In this document: positions 1 through 9,335 of the stretch, piece by piece | Position numbering within the stretch: the first letter of the stretch is position 1 | Layout: every line of letters begins with the position of its first letter | Source: Bacteroidota bacterium | GTDB taxonomy: Bacteria; Bacteroidota; Bacteroidia; Bacteroidales; P3 | DNA length: 26,307 nucleotides | Assembly: GCA_030540495.1 (NCBI GenBank) | Contig: JAUNWC010000001.1 | Location: 1 to 26,307 of the forward strand | Direction of reading: 5' to 3' | Made by a program: the position numbers and the translations under genes | The notes under the pieces: model-generated | Told to the model about the DNA's origin: nothing | Databases searched by the model: none | The model's input: the letters and a program-made list of their open reading frames with translations, nothing else

Positions 1-5
1 ATCAT
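1..5 (-). other. Possible start codon of a minus-strand gene running off the left edge
   Basis: CAT at 3-5 (ATG on the minus strand) behind an A-rich leader, ~27 nt downstream of the promoter match at 32-62. The product is not visible. Confidence 0.35.
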
Positions 6-31
6 ATTTTTTTATGTTTGTATCTATGTTG

Positions 32-62
32 CAAAGGTAATCTTTTTTTTCTATTTATCAAA
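32..62 (-). promoter_or_regulatory. Bacteroidota sigma-A promoter pointing off the left edge
   Basis: On the minus strand: TTTG (62-59), 19-nt spacer, TACCTTTG (39-32). Matches the TTTG-N19-21-TAnnTTTG consensus. Confidence 0.65.
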
Positions 63-82
63 AAAAAACTTTCACAATATTT

Positions 83-1501
83 TTATAACTCAACTACTAA
101 GGCATTTTTTTCTCTATTTTGCTCTACATCCTTATTTGAAAAATTCAATATATATTTTTCACCCTCTTTGCTTAACTTTGCTTCTGCTTTGCTTCCCAAT
201 ACTTTTTTCTTTCCTATTGCTAAATCTTTGGAAAGTTCAAAAGTGTATGTATTTTGCAAATTTGTGCTATTGGACAACAATATTATAGCAAAAACTTTGT
301 CGTTATTACTCTCTGTAAAACAGATATTATTGCTTTTGTATGGTGCAATAGGGTGGGTGGAGTAAATAGCCTTAGAATTTACTCTTAACCAAGCCCCCAT
401 CTCTTTCATTCTCTCTATGGCAGGCTCGGGTATATTGCCCTCTTTGTCTGGTCCGACATTCAAAAGAAGATTTCCTCCCTTGCAAACCACATCCACAAGA
501 GTATGTATTAAGGTGTTTGTTGATTTATAATTATCATTTTTTACATAAGACCAACTATCTCCCATAGTCATACAAGTTTCCCAAGGGTAGTTCAAAGGAG
601 AGTCAGGTACGCTTTGTTCTGGTGTTCTATAATTCTCATATTTTCCTCCCACGCTCCTATCCACTATTATCATATCCTCATTGCCTTTTCGTGCTATTTT
701 GGCAATTTTTGGCATATCTATATCTTGCACCCTTTGATAAGCACCAAGCCAAGAGCGAACCTCATCAGAGTTTATGCTCCATTGTGGTCTTATCCAACCT
801 CCGTCAAGCCACAGAATATCTATATCTCCATAGTTATGAGTTATTTCCTCTATTTGCTTATAAGTAAAATCGCAAAATCTTTGCCACTTTTCGGGGTGCT
901 TGTCTATGTTATAATTTACGTTTCTATCAGGCGTTGCCCACATTGGCGACCAATAATCTTTGTTGTGCCAATCTGCCTTAGAAAAATAAAGCCCAGTCCA
1001 AAAGCCTTTTGACCTAAAAGCCTCCACCACTTGTTTTACTATATCGTTATTTTGGTTTTGAGAGTAAGGACAATCTTTGCCACAGACGGAATAATCGGTT
1101 TGTTTTGTGTCATACATACAAAAACCATCGTGATGTTTGGAAGTAAAAACAAAATACCTCATACCACATTCCCAAGCAAGTTCTGCCCATTTGTTTGCAT
1201 CAAAATTTTTTGGGTTAAACTTCTTGTTTAATTCCCAATACCATTGTTTATAAGGCTCATACTCTACTCCTTTTCTGTCTATCCAATCTTCGTTGCAAAT
1301 AGACCAACTCTCCACCAATTCCTCTGTAGCATATATTCCCCAATGAGCAAAAAAACCAAATTTCAAATCTTGCCACTCTTTTACTCTGTTAAGTATCAGT
1401 GTATCTGTTTCTTCCTTTTGTTCTTCGGCTGTTATAATTCGTTGTCCATAAAGAAAAAGAGTGGAAACAATCATTACAAAAAAAATTATATTCTGTTTCA
1501 T
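83..1501 (-). CDS. Alpha-L-fucosidase, glycoside hydrolase family 29, with N-terminal signal peptide
   Basis: 472 aa. GH29 motifs KFGFFAHWGIY, TSKHHDGF, WLDG (nucleophile Asp), WETCMTM and KGGNLLLNVGP; hydrophobic N-terminus. Confidence 0.93.
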   Translation of the reverse strand: MKQNIIFFVMIVSTLFLYGQRIITAEEQKEETDTLILNRVKEWQDLKFGFFAHWGIYATEELVESWSICNEDWIDRKGVEYEPYKQWYWELNKKFNPKNFDANKWAELAWECGMRYFVFTSKHHDGFCMYDTKQTDYSVCGKDCPYSQNQNNDIVKQVVEAFRSKGFWTGLYFSKADWHNKDYWSPMWATPDRNVNYNIDKHPEKWQRFCDFTYKQIEEITHNYGDIDILWLDGGWIRPQWSINSDEVRSWLGAYQRVQDIDMPKIAKIARKGNEDMIIVDRSVGGKYENYRTPEQSVPDSPLNYPWETCMTMGDSWSYVKNDNYKSTNTLIHTLVDVVCKGGNLLLNVGPDKEGNIPEPAIERMKEMGAWLRVNSKAIYSTHPIAPYKSNNICFTESNNDKVFAIILLSNSTNLQNTYTFELSKDLAIGKKKVLGSKAEAKLSKEGEKYILNFSNKDVEQNREKNALVVEL

Positions 1502-1585
1502 TTTCTATTCTTTTTAAATAATCATACTGAAAATAAAACGTTAAGAAACTTTATTTTATTGCAGACTCAGTAGTCATAGCCTGCC

Positions 1586-1604
1586 TTACAGGCACAGCCT
1601 GTAA
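1586..1604. repeat. Isolated triloop hairpin of the GGC-N3-GCC family
   Basis: TTACAGGC-ACA-GCCTGTAA, a perfect 8-bp stem. Same core as hairpins at 12025-12038 and 12275-12289. Confidence 0.6.
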
Positions 1605-1638
1605 AAAAAGGAGATAAATCAAAATTTATCTCCTTTTT
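1603..1638 (-). terminator. Intrinsic terminator of purL (symmetrical, could act in both directions)
   Basis: AAAAAGGAGATAAAT-CAAA-ATTTATCTCCTTTTT, a 15-bp perfect inverted repeat ~20 nt after the purL stop. The A-run at 1603-1609 gives a U-tract on the minus strand. Confidence 0.85.
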
Positions 1639-1658
1639 ATTTATTAAGAAAATAATGG

Positions 1659-3896
1659 TTACTTGTCCATTATTTCGTTTAAAACATTGTTATATACGTG
1701 TTTGTATTGTTTGATGCTACCAAAATCTTCGTCATCTACAATAATATCTCCGTCAGTTACTTTTCCTATAGCAAGGCAAGGAATATTCTCCTTATCAAGC
1801 AAAGAAATAAAGTCGTTATACTTATCCTCGTCTATAGTAACCACTATGCGAGACTGACTTTCTCCAAATAAGAAAGAATCTAACCTTACTTCGCTATCAC
1901 TGATGATGTTAAAACCATAATTTCTATGCATAGCACTTTCTATAAGGTTCATAAACAGACCTCCATCGCTTACATCGTGAGCAGATTCTATATATCCCTT
2001 TCTTATCAATTGTTTGACAACTTGTTGCAAAGCAAATTCCTTGTCCATATCAAAATAAGGAACAGGAGAAAGTTTAACTTTACAATAGTTATAAAGATAT
2101 TCAGAAGAGTTTATATCGTCTTTGATTTCTCCCAAAAGATAAATGGTTGCTCCTTTGCGTTTGAAATCCAAAGATGTTTGATATTTCTTATCCACTGTGC
2201 CTACCATACCAATAACAGGAGAAGGCATAACTGCCTCTACTACTCCATTAATTGAGGCTTGGTTGTAGAAACTTACATTGCCTCCGGTTACAGGAGTGGA
2301 GAATTTTTTGCAAGCCTCTCCCATACCTTTTACAGCATTGACAAATTGCCAATAGGTTTCTGGTTTGTATGGATTACCAAAGTTACAGCAGTTGGTAACA
2401 GCCAAAGGCTCGCCACCCGAACAAACAATATTGCGAGCCGCCTCAGCAACTGCTATCTCTGTGCCAATGAAAGGGTCGGAATAAACATAACGAGAGTTGC
2501 AATCGCAAGTCATGGCTATACCATTTTGACAACCTTTTATATTTGCTATACCTGCGTCTGCTGGTGCGTTTGTGGTCATATTGCGAGTGCCTACCATAGA
2601 ATCATACTGCTCTATAACCCAACGTTTAGAAGCAAGATTAGGATTTTTGGTCATGGCTTGAGCAATTTTCTTGCATTCTTGCAAAGAAGGCTCTTTTAGG
2701 TCAGAAATTTTAAAATCGTGAGTATGTTTGTAATATTCTGGTTCTTTGTATTCTCTGTCGTATTGAGGAGCACCTCCTCCAAGTACAAGGGTAGAGGCAG
2801 GAACCTGTGCCACTAATTCACCCTTCCAATAGAAGTAAAGCATATCTTCGTCAATAACTTCTCCTATTTTGGCGCAATTCAAATCCCACTTCTCAAATAT
2901 CTTTTCAACCTTTTCTTCTTCACCCTTCTTTGCAACTACAAGCATGCGTTCTTGTGACTCAGACAAAAGTATTTCCCAAGCCTCAACATTTTGCTGACGC
3001 AAAGGTACTTTGCTTAAATCTATCTTCATTCCGCTACCACCTTTCTCACTCATTTCCGAAGTAGAGCAAATAATACCTGCCGCACCCATATCTTGCATAC
3101 CAACAATAGCACCACTACGTCCTAACTCCAAACTTGCCTCCAAAAGAAGTTTTTCTTGGAATGGGTCGCCTACTTGTATGGAAGGAATATCATCGGCAGA
3201 ATTTTCTGTAACATCGGCACTTGCAAAGGTTGCTCCGTGTATGCCGTCCTTACCTGTAGAAGAACCAACTATATAAACAGGATTACCCGCTCCTTTTGCC
3301 ACAGCAGAAATAAGGTCTTCTTTTTTCATTATTCCCACACTCATGGCATTAACCAAAGGATTGTTTTCAAAACATTCATCAAAGAAAACTTCACCTCCCA
3401 AAACAGGAACACCAAAAGAATTGCCATAATGAGAAATACCTTTAACAGTACCTTTGAATAAACGTTTGGCATGCTTGCTTTCCAATGAACCAAAACGCAA
3501 AGAATTTAACTGAGCAATGGGTCTTGCTCCCATAGTGAAAATATCTCTATTGATACCTCCTACACCGGTGGCAGCACCCTGAAAAGGTTCTACTGCACAA
3601 GGATGGTTATGGCTTTCTATCTTAAAAACGCATGCCCTACCATCGCCTACATCCACCATTCCGGCATTTTCTTCTCCTGGAGCCACAAGCATTTGTTTGC
3701 CTTCTTTTGGAAGTTTTTTTATCCATTTAATACTGTTTTTATATGAGGCATGCTCTGACCACATAACAGAATAAATACTAAGTTCTGTAAAATTAGGTGT
3801 TCTTCCTCCTAAATATTGTTTTATTTGCTCAAATTCCTCGTCAAGTAGCCCTAATTTGTGAGCGGTTTCCAAGGTAACTTCTTCGGTCTTTATCAT
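1659..3896 (-). CDS. purL: Phosphoribosylformylglycinamidine synthase subunit PurL (small type, FGAM synthase II)
   Basis: 745 aa. Motifs WSEHASYK, KIESHNHP, GAATGVGG, DMGAAG, SESQERM, TGGNVSFYN and HDVSDGG. No fused glutaminase domain. Confidence 0.96.
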   Translation of the reverse strand: MIKTEEVTLETAHKLGLLDEEFEQIKQYLGGRTPNFTELSIYSVMWSEHASYKNSIKWIKKLPKEGKQMLVAPGEENAGMVDVGDGRACVFKIESHNHPCAVEPFQGAATGVGGINRDIFTMGARPIAQLNSLRFGSLESKHAKRLFKGTVKGISHYGNSFGVPVLGGEVFFDECFENNPLVNAMSVGIMKKEDLISAVAKGAGNPVYIVGSSTGKDGIHGATFASADVTENSADDIPSIQVGDPFQEKLLLEASLELGRSGAIVGMQDMGAAGIICSTSEMSEKGGSGMKIDLSKVPLRQQNVEAWEILLSESQERMLVVAKKGEEEKVEKIFEKWDLNCAKIGEVIDEDMLYFYWKGELVAQVPASTLVLGGGAPQYDREYKEPEYYKHTHDFKISDLKEPSLQECKKIAQAMTKNPNLASKRWVIEQYDSMVGTRNMTTNAPADAGIANIKGCQNGIAMTCDCNSRYVYSDPFIGTEIAVAEAARNIVCSGGEPLAVTNCCNFGNPYKPETYWQFVNAVKGMGEACKKFSTPVTGGNVSFYNQASINGVVEAVMPSPVIGMVGTVDKKYQTSLDFKRKGATIYLLGEIKDDINSSEYLYNYCKVKLSPVPYFDMDKEFALQQVVKQLIRKGYIESAHDVSDGGLFMNLIESAMHRNYGFNIISDSEVRLDSFLFGESQSRIVVTIDEDKYNDFISLLDKENIPCLAIGKVTDGDIIVDDEDFGSIKQYKHVYNNVLNEIMDK

Positions 3897-3970
3897 ATCT
3901 TTTTATTTGTATTTTTTTCGTAAATATTTTTGTCTTCTCTTGCACAAGACACAATTCCTTTGAACAATTG

Positions 3971-4001
3971 CAAAAATACAAAAACTTTATATACTAACAA
4001 A
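3971..4001 (-). promoter_or_regulatory. Sigma-A promoter of purL
   Basis: On the minus strand: TTTG (4001-3998), 19 nt, TATTTTTG (3978-3971). Confidence 0.7.
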
Positions 4002-4004
4002 AAC

Positions 4005-4037
4005 TTTGTATTGATTATAAATTATTTCGTAATTTTG
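4005..4037 (+). promoter_or_regulatory. Sigma-A promoter of the TPR-folB-comEC run, back-to-back with the purL promoter
   Basis: TTTG (4005-4008), 21 nt, TAATTTTG (4030-4037). Confidence 0.7.
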
Positions 4038-4062
4038 TATGCAAATAGTATTATATAGGTTT

Positions 4063-5097
4063 ATGAAAATATTACTTTTTGTTTTAAGCATATTGATTTA
4101 TTCTATTTCCTTTGCACAAGATAGTTTGTACTCTAAGGCTTTGTTGTCTATGGAGCAACAAAAATGGTTTGAGGCAGAATATCTTTTACGCAAAGCCATA
4201 GAAAACGGGGAAGATAAATTAAAATGCTCTTACGAATTGGCTTGGACACATTATAGCAACAAAGAATTTGATAAGGCAATAGAGGTATTGACACCTTTCC
4301 TTAAAGAAGATGTTCCAAGCGATGTTTATCAACTTTTGGGCAACGCTTATGATGAAAAAGGCAATTCCTACAAAGCAGTAGATATATACCAAGAGGGATT
4401 AAGGAAATATCCAAAGGCGGGCAATTTGTTCTTAGAGATGGGCAATATAAAATACAAAGAAGGCAATTATAGACAGGCTCTTTATTGGTACGAAAAAGGA
4501 ATAGAGGCAGAACCTATGTTTGCTTCTAACTATTATAGGGCAGCAAAGGTTTTTCTTATGAGTACGGAAATGGTTTGGGGAGTTTTGTATGGGGAGATAT
4601 TTATGATATTGGAGTCAGAAACAGAAAGAAGCAAGGAGTTTTCAAAACATTTGTTTGAGTCTTATAAAGAATGTATTTTCATTGACAAGAACAAAGTCAG
4701 TGTAAATTTTAACAACGATGTAATTGTTTATTCTGATTCTTTTGAAAGAAAAAATCTTTTTCCACAAGTCTTTGATAATCTTATGCAACAAGCACTTAAA
4801 GGCAAAACTTTTCTTAACATTGCCAACTTAACTCAGGCGCGCAAGAAGTTTATTTCCTTGCTGTATAGTGAGAATAAAGATTTTGACAATCCTCTATTCA
4901 AATATCAAAAAACTTTGATAGACAATGGTCTTTTTGAGGCTTATAATTATTATTTGTTTGCCTATGGCAATACAAAGGAGAGTTCCACTTGGATAAATGC
5001 TCATAAAACACAGTGGAACAAACTTATCAAACACTTGGAAAATAACAAAATAGAACTTTCGGAGCAGAATTGTTTTACAAGATATAATATGGAATAA
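4063..5097 (+). CDS. Exported tetratricopeptide-repeat (TPR) protein of unknown function
   Basis: Start reassigned from 4039 to 4063, which gives the signal peptide MKILLFVLSILIYSISFAQ and lies downstream of the predicted TSS. TPR-like helices such as VYQLLGNAYDEKGNSYKAVDIYQEGL and LFLEMGNIKYKEGNYRQALYWYEKGI. Confidence 0.8.
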   Translation: MKILLFVLSILIYSISFAQDSLYSKALLSMEQQKWFEAEYLLRKAIENGEDKLKCSYELAWTHYSNKEFDKAIEVLTPFLKEDVPSDVYQLLGNAYDEKGNSYKAVDIYQEGLRKYPKAGNLFLEMGNIKYKEGNYRQALYWYEKGIEAEPMFASNYYRAAKVFLMSTEMVWGVLYGEIFMILESETERSKEFSKHLFESYKECIFIDKNKVSVNFNNDVIVYSDSFERKNLFPQVFDNLMQQALKGKTFLNIANLTQARKKFISLLYSENKDFDNPLFKYQKTLIDNGLFEAYNYYLFAYGNTKESSTWINAHKTQWNKLIKHLENNKIELSEQNCFTRYNME

Positions 5098-5112
5098 ATT
5101 TTTGGGAAAATT

Positions 5113-5463
5113 ATGAGCAAGATAGAAATAAAGAATATGGAGTTTTATGGCTTTCATGGTTGTTTTGAGGAAGAGAGAAAAATAGGTACGCACTTTTTGG
5201 TAGATATATCTTTTGAGACGGATAGCACTATGGCAGAGACAACCGATAACGTGGAGGATACGGTTGATTATTCTAAGGTTTATTTGTTGATAAAAGAAGA
5301 GATGCAAAAGTCTTCTCATCTCTTGGAACATATAGCAAGAAGGATAATAAATAGGGTTAAAAGAGAATTTTCTCAAATCTCCAACATAGTGGTAAATGTA
5401 AAGAAACTTAACCCTCCTGTTGGTGGCAAAATGGACTATGTGAGCGTGGAGTTATATGGTTAA
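5113..5463 (+). CDS. folB: Dihydroneopterin aldolase
   Basis: 116 aa. FYGFHGCFEEER, TVDYSKVY, LLEHIA and VKKLNPP match FolB motifs. Confidence 0.95.
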   Translation: MSKIEIKNMEFYGFHGCFEEERKIGTHFLVDISFETDSTMAETTDNVEDTVDYSKVYLLIKEEMQKSSHLLEHIARRIINRVKREFSQISNIVVNVKKLNPPVGGKMDYVSVELYG

Positions 5464-5496
5464 TTTTCCTCTATCCTTTACAAGAAAAACAAACAG

Positions 5497-6828
5497 ATGA
5501 AAAAATTTTTAGCCGATAAGCCAATAATTTTTCCTCTTGTATTTCTTATTGTTATAATAATATTGTTTGATTGCTTTTGTCCTACAATCTTTCTTCGCAA
5601 TCATTATATAAAACACTTTGACCAAAGAACTAATCTTTGCAAATATGTAATAGAAACTGCTCCCAAGCTCACAAAAGAAGGAAAACACTATGGTTATGTT
5701 GCAAATATGATTGCCATAAAAAACAATGACAAATGGACAACAACTACTGGAGAAGTTCAAATTTATCTATCCGTCAAAGATAGCAACAAGATAGATTACC
5801 CTCTTTTGAAAATGGGAGACACCATAGTGGCAAAAACCTATCTTAGACAAATAGAAAACTTTACTAATTCTTTTGATTATATCAGATATATGAAACACAA
5901 AAGAATATACCACCAAACGTTTCTAAAAGATTTCTCCATACACAGACGCAACAAAGCAACAAATATAAGATTATTGGCTTTTGATATAAATTCCAAACTA
6001 AAAAACATAATACTAAAAAGCCCTATGGAAAAGGAGAAAAAAGCCTTAGCCATTGCCATGCTTTTGGGAGATAAAACAACTTTACAAAAAGATACAAGAC
6101 AAATGTTCAATCATTCGGGCTTGGCTCATATACTTTGTGTTTCGGGCTTGCATGTGATGATTATTATTTCGTTTTTTGATTTTCTTTTGGGCTTTGTGGT
6201 CAGCAAGAATTTAAGAGGTTTTTATTTGAGAAGAATTCTTCTTGTTCTTCTTACTTGGGCTCTTGCTTTTGTGGTTGGGCTAACTCCCGCTTGTGTTAGG
6301 GTTGCGGTTATGTCTTCTTTGTTTTTGTTGGCAACTCTATCCAAAAAAGAATACGACAATATGAATATCCTTTTTGTTACCGCCTTTATTTTTCTTCTGA
6401 TAGATCCCTTACTATTATTCAATATAAGTTTTCAACTATCTTTCTTGGCTGTTTTTGGTATTTTTGCTTTCAAACCTTTTATTCTCACTCAACTAAACAA
6501 ACTCTTCTTTCTTGTTTTCAAACCTAATAGCAGAATTCAAGCAATATCTAATCCTATATTTCAAAACATATCCATTTCTCTTGCTACTCAAATTTGTTGT
6601 TTGCCAATACTTATAGTCAATTTTGGATATTTTCCTTTGTTTTTTCTTTTGGCTAATATTCTTGCCATTCCTTTGGCACAAATAATACTTGTTTCCATTA
6701 TAATTTATTTGCCTTTAAGTTCCTTGCCTTTTATTAGTATGGTTGTTTCTAAAATTCTTGATATTGAGTTGTCTCTTCTTTTGTTTATTGGTCAGCAAAC
6801 AGAAAAACTCAACAATATGTTTTTCTAA
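5497..6828 (+). CDS. comEC: ComEC/Rec2 family membrane protein (short, no metallo-beta-lactamase domain)
   Basis: 443 aa. AMLLGDK, FNHSGLAHILCVSGLHV, PACVRVAVM and SFQLSFLAV are Competence-domain motifs; multiple TM segments. Confidence 0.85.
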   Translation: MKKFLADKPIIFPLVFLIVIIILFDCFCPTIFLRNHYIKHFDQRTNLCKYVIETAPKLTKEGKHYGYVANMIAIKNNDKWTTTTGEVQIYLSVKDSNKIDYPLLKMGDTIVAKTYLRQIENFTNSFDYIRYMKHKRIYHQTFLKDFSIHRRNKATNIRLLAFDINSKLKNIILKSPMEKEKKALAIAMLLGDKTTLQKDTRQMFNHSGLAHILCVSGLHVMIIISFFDFLLGFVVSKNLRGFYLRRILLVLLTWALAFVVGLTPACVRVAVMSSLFLLATLSKKEYDNMNILFVTAFIFLLIDPLLLFNISFQLSFLAVFGIFAFKPFILTQLNKLFFLVFKPNSRIQAISNPIFQNISISLATQICCLPILIVNFGYFPLFFLLANILAIPLAQIILVSIIIYLPLSSLPFISMVVSKILDIELSLLLFIGQQTEKLNNMFF

Positions 6829-6879
6829 AATCACAATAAAATAAAATCTGATTGCGTTTATAAACAAAAAGGAAAAGAT

Positions 6880-9102
6880 ATGCGGGTGGTAAGGAAATTT
6901 GGCATTTTTTTATTGCTTGTGCTTGCTTTATCAAACATTGTCGCACAAGATACATTGCAAAGAAAAAAAGTTGCTCTTGTTCTCTCGGGCGGAGGAGCAA
7001 AGGGCAGTGCTCATATAGGTGCATTGAAAATTATAGAGCAAGCCGGCATACCAATAGATATGATTGTAGGCACATCTATGGGAGCGTTGATGGGAGGTTT
7101 GTATTCCATAGGCTATACTGCCGATATGTTAGATTCTTTGGTGAGAGTACAGGATTGGTCTTTTTTACTTTCCGATAGAGTGGATAACAAGGAACAATAT
7201 CTTTTGCAAAGAAAAAGAGGGAGTACCTATATTGGCTCTGTTGATGTTAATCATATAGGTAGATTTGCTTTGGGTAAGCCAGGCTTTATCAAAGGAAAAA
7301 ATCTTGCAAATCTTTTCTCTAAACTTACCTTAGGCTACCATGATAGCATAGATTTCAACTCTCTTCCTATTGCTTTTGCTTGTGTTGCTACTAATATGGT
7401 AGATTTTTCAGAAGTAGATTTTCATTCGGGCAATTTAGCAACGGCTATGCGAGCCTCTATGAGTATTCCTGCAGTTTTTACTCCCGTAAAATTGGGTGAT
7501 AAGATTTTGGTGGATGGAGGATTAAAAAACAATTTTCCTGTGGATATAGCCAAACAAATGGGAGCAGACATTATTATAGGCGTTACTGTACAAGATATGA
7601 ACAATCGCAAAGCAGAGGACTTTAATTCAACTCTTACCATAATCAATCAACTTATGGACGTAAATACAACGGCAAAGTTTGAAGAGAATAAAAATATGTG
7701 CGATGTTTTTATTCGTGTAAATGTGGAGGGATATTCTGCCGCAAGTTTCAATGCTCAGGCAATAGACACTCTTGTACAGAGAGGAGAAGACGCTGCAAGA
7801 ACTCATTTGCAAGAAATACTTGATTTAAAACAACAATTGGGTATGTCCTTGGATTCTATGGCAGAAAGAATTACTCCCTATCGTATGCTTAACCAAAAAA
7901 TAAGAATGAAGATAGGAGAAGTTACATTTAATCATATAGAGAAAAGAGACGAAGATTATTTGAGAGAAAGGTTCAATCTTAACAACAATGCTACCACCAC
8001 CTTGGATACCATAGAAAAGGCAATGACCTCTCTTAGAAGCACTTTGTTCTATAATGATGCATCTTATCAAATCAAATACTTAAAAAATGGTTATGGAATA
8101 GATATATCAAGCGAGGGAAAGAAAACGGCAGAATTGTTTTTGGGTATAAGATTTGACAACGAAGAGCAAGTATCCATGCAAGTGGAAGGAGAGGCTCCTG
8201 TTAATTTCTTGTTTCCTATGATGTTGAAAACCACTTTGCGCTTGGGTAAAAGGAGTATGTTCAATGTACAATCTAATTTTGATATTTGGAGAATGTATTC
8301 CGTAAATTTGTCTTATATGTTTAGACATCAGGATTTGAATATTTATTACCATGCCGACAGAGACCTTAATCCCGACTATCAACAACATCAAGTCAATTTC
8401 TCCTTTGCCAATGTAAATCTTAGAAACTTTCTTCTTAATGCTTTTTTGCGATGGGATTATTTTATGTATTCTAATTTGTTGTACGGCAAGAAGTCAAACG
8501 CTGTTTATTTGCCCACCTCCCATCTTTGGTCTTATCATATCAAAATAGGATTTGACGACAGAGATAAGGAATATTTTGCCACTATGGGAGGAATTCGTTA
8601 TATGGAATATGCTTTATATACAGATAATTTTTATCAATACAACGAGCATGCTCCGTTGCATACTTTTTCCTATAAATTTATGGAAACCTTTGATTTAAAG
8701 CATAATTGGTTTTTCTCTCCTATGTTCTATGGAAGAAGTATTTATGGTGAAGATATGCCAACAGTACTTTCCAACTGCATAGGTGGAGAATATTTTTCTC
8801 ACTATGTAGAACAACAACTTCCTTTTGCCGGAGTGGATAACTTGGAGATAATAGAAAAAAACTTTATTGCCTTAGATTTGCAATTAAGAAAACAATTATG
8901 GAAAAACAATTATTTTACTTTTGCTTATGCTATGGGATATAAGGATGATAAACTTCAACATTTGTTCTCCTCTTCTCCTCTTTGGGGCGTAAGGCTTTCT
9001 TATAGTTACAACTCTATTATAGGTCCGGTGGGAGCCTCTATGGGCTACTCCAACAGAACAAAAGAGCCATATCTTTTTATAAATATAGGTTATGAATTCT
9101 AA
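6880..9102 (+). CDS. Patatin-like phospholipase fused to a POTRA/Omp85-like barrel (PlpD-like, type Vd architecture)
   Basis: 740 aa. Signal peptide; GGGAKG, GTSMG (catalytic Ser) and DGG motifs; C-terminal beta-strands ending INIGYEF. Confidence 0.88.
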   Translation: MRVVRKFGIFLLLVLALSNIVAQDTLQRKKVALVLSGGGAKGSAHIGALKIIEQAGIPIDMIVGTSMGALMGGLYSIGYTADMLDSLVRVQDWSFLLSDRVDNKEQYLLQRKRGSTYIGSVDVNHIGRFALGKPGFIKGKNLANLFSKLTLGYHDSIDFNSLPIAFACVATNMVDFSEVDFHSGNLATAMRASMSIPAVFTPVKLGDKILVDGGLKNNFPVDIAKQMGADIIIGVTVQDMNNRKAEDFNSTLTIINQLMDVNTTAKFEENKNMCDVFIRVNVEGYSAASFNAQAIDTLVQRGEDAARTHLQEILDLKQQLGMSLDSMAERITPYRMLNQKIRMKIGEVTFNHIEKRDEDYLRERFNLNNNATTTLDTIEKAMTSLRSTLFYNDASYQIKYLKNGYGIDISSEGKKTAELFLGIRFDNEEQVSMQVEGEAPVNFLFPMMLKTTLRLGKRSMFNVQSNFDIWRMYSVNLSYMFRHQDLNIYYHADRDLNPDYQQHQVNFSFANVNLRNFLLNAFLRWDYFMYSNLLYGKKSNAVYLPTSHLWSYHIKIGFDDRDKEYFATMGGIRYMEYALYTDNFYQYNEHAPLHTFSYKFMETFDLKHNWFFSPMFYGRSIYGEDMPTVLSNCIGGEYFSHYVEQQLPFAGVDNLEIIEKNFIALDLQLRKQLWKNNYFTFAYAMGYKDDKLQHLFSSSPLWGVRLSYSYNSIIGPVGASMGYSNRTKEPYLFINIGYEF

Positions 9103-9122
9103 TTTTCCCACAAATATAGAAA

Positions 9123-9155
9123 TGCAAAAAAAACATAATATTTATATTTTTTGCA
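9123..9155 (+). terminator. Weak AT-rich hairpin after the patatin gene, possible terminator
   Basis: TGCAAAAAA (9123-9131) pairs with TTTTTTGCA (9147-9155). Low GC and a large loop. Confidence 0.3.
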
Positions 9156-9220
9156 ATAAAACAATATCTTCGTAGTCCTATATAAATAATTGTAATTTAG
9201 TTAGCAAAACAAGGTAGTAA

Positions 9221-9240
9221 AATACCTAAAAGTAGGTATT
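9221..9240. promoter_or_regulatory. Perfect inverted repeat, candidate operator
   Basis: AATACCTA-AAAG-TAGGTATT overlaps the expected -33 position of the promoter below. Confidence 0.4.
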
Positions 9241-9269
9241 GTAGCATAAAAGAAAGAGTAGTAACTTTG
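9238..9269 (+). promoter_or_regulatory. Sigma-A promoter of the beta-barrel gene
   Basis: TAACTTTG at 9262-9269, with a degenerate ATTG at 9238-9241 (20-nt spacer). Confidence 0.6.
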
Positions 9270-9335
9270 CAAAATAAAAGAAGTAATAACACTAAGAAAT
9301 TTAAAATTGATTTATTAATATAAAATGTTTAAGAA

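Noticed and set aside
4039-4062. ORF-track start of the TPR gene at 4039
   Set aside because: It lies at or upstream of the predicted TSS; the ATG at 4063 gives a proper signal peptide.
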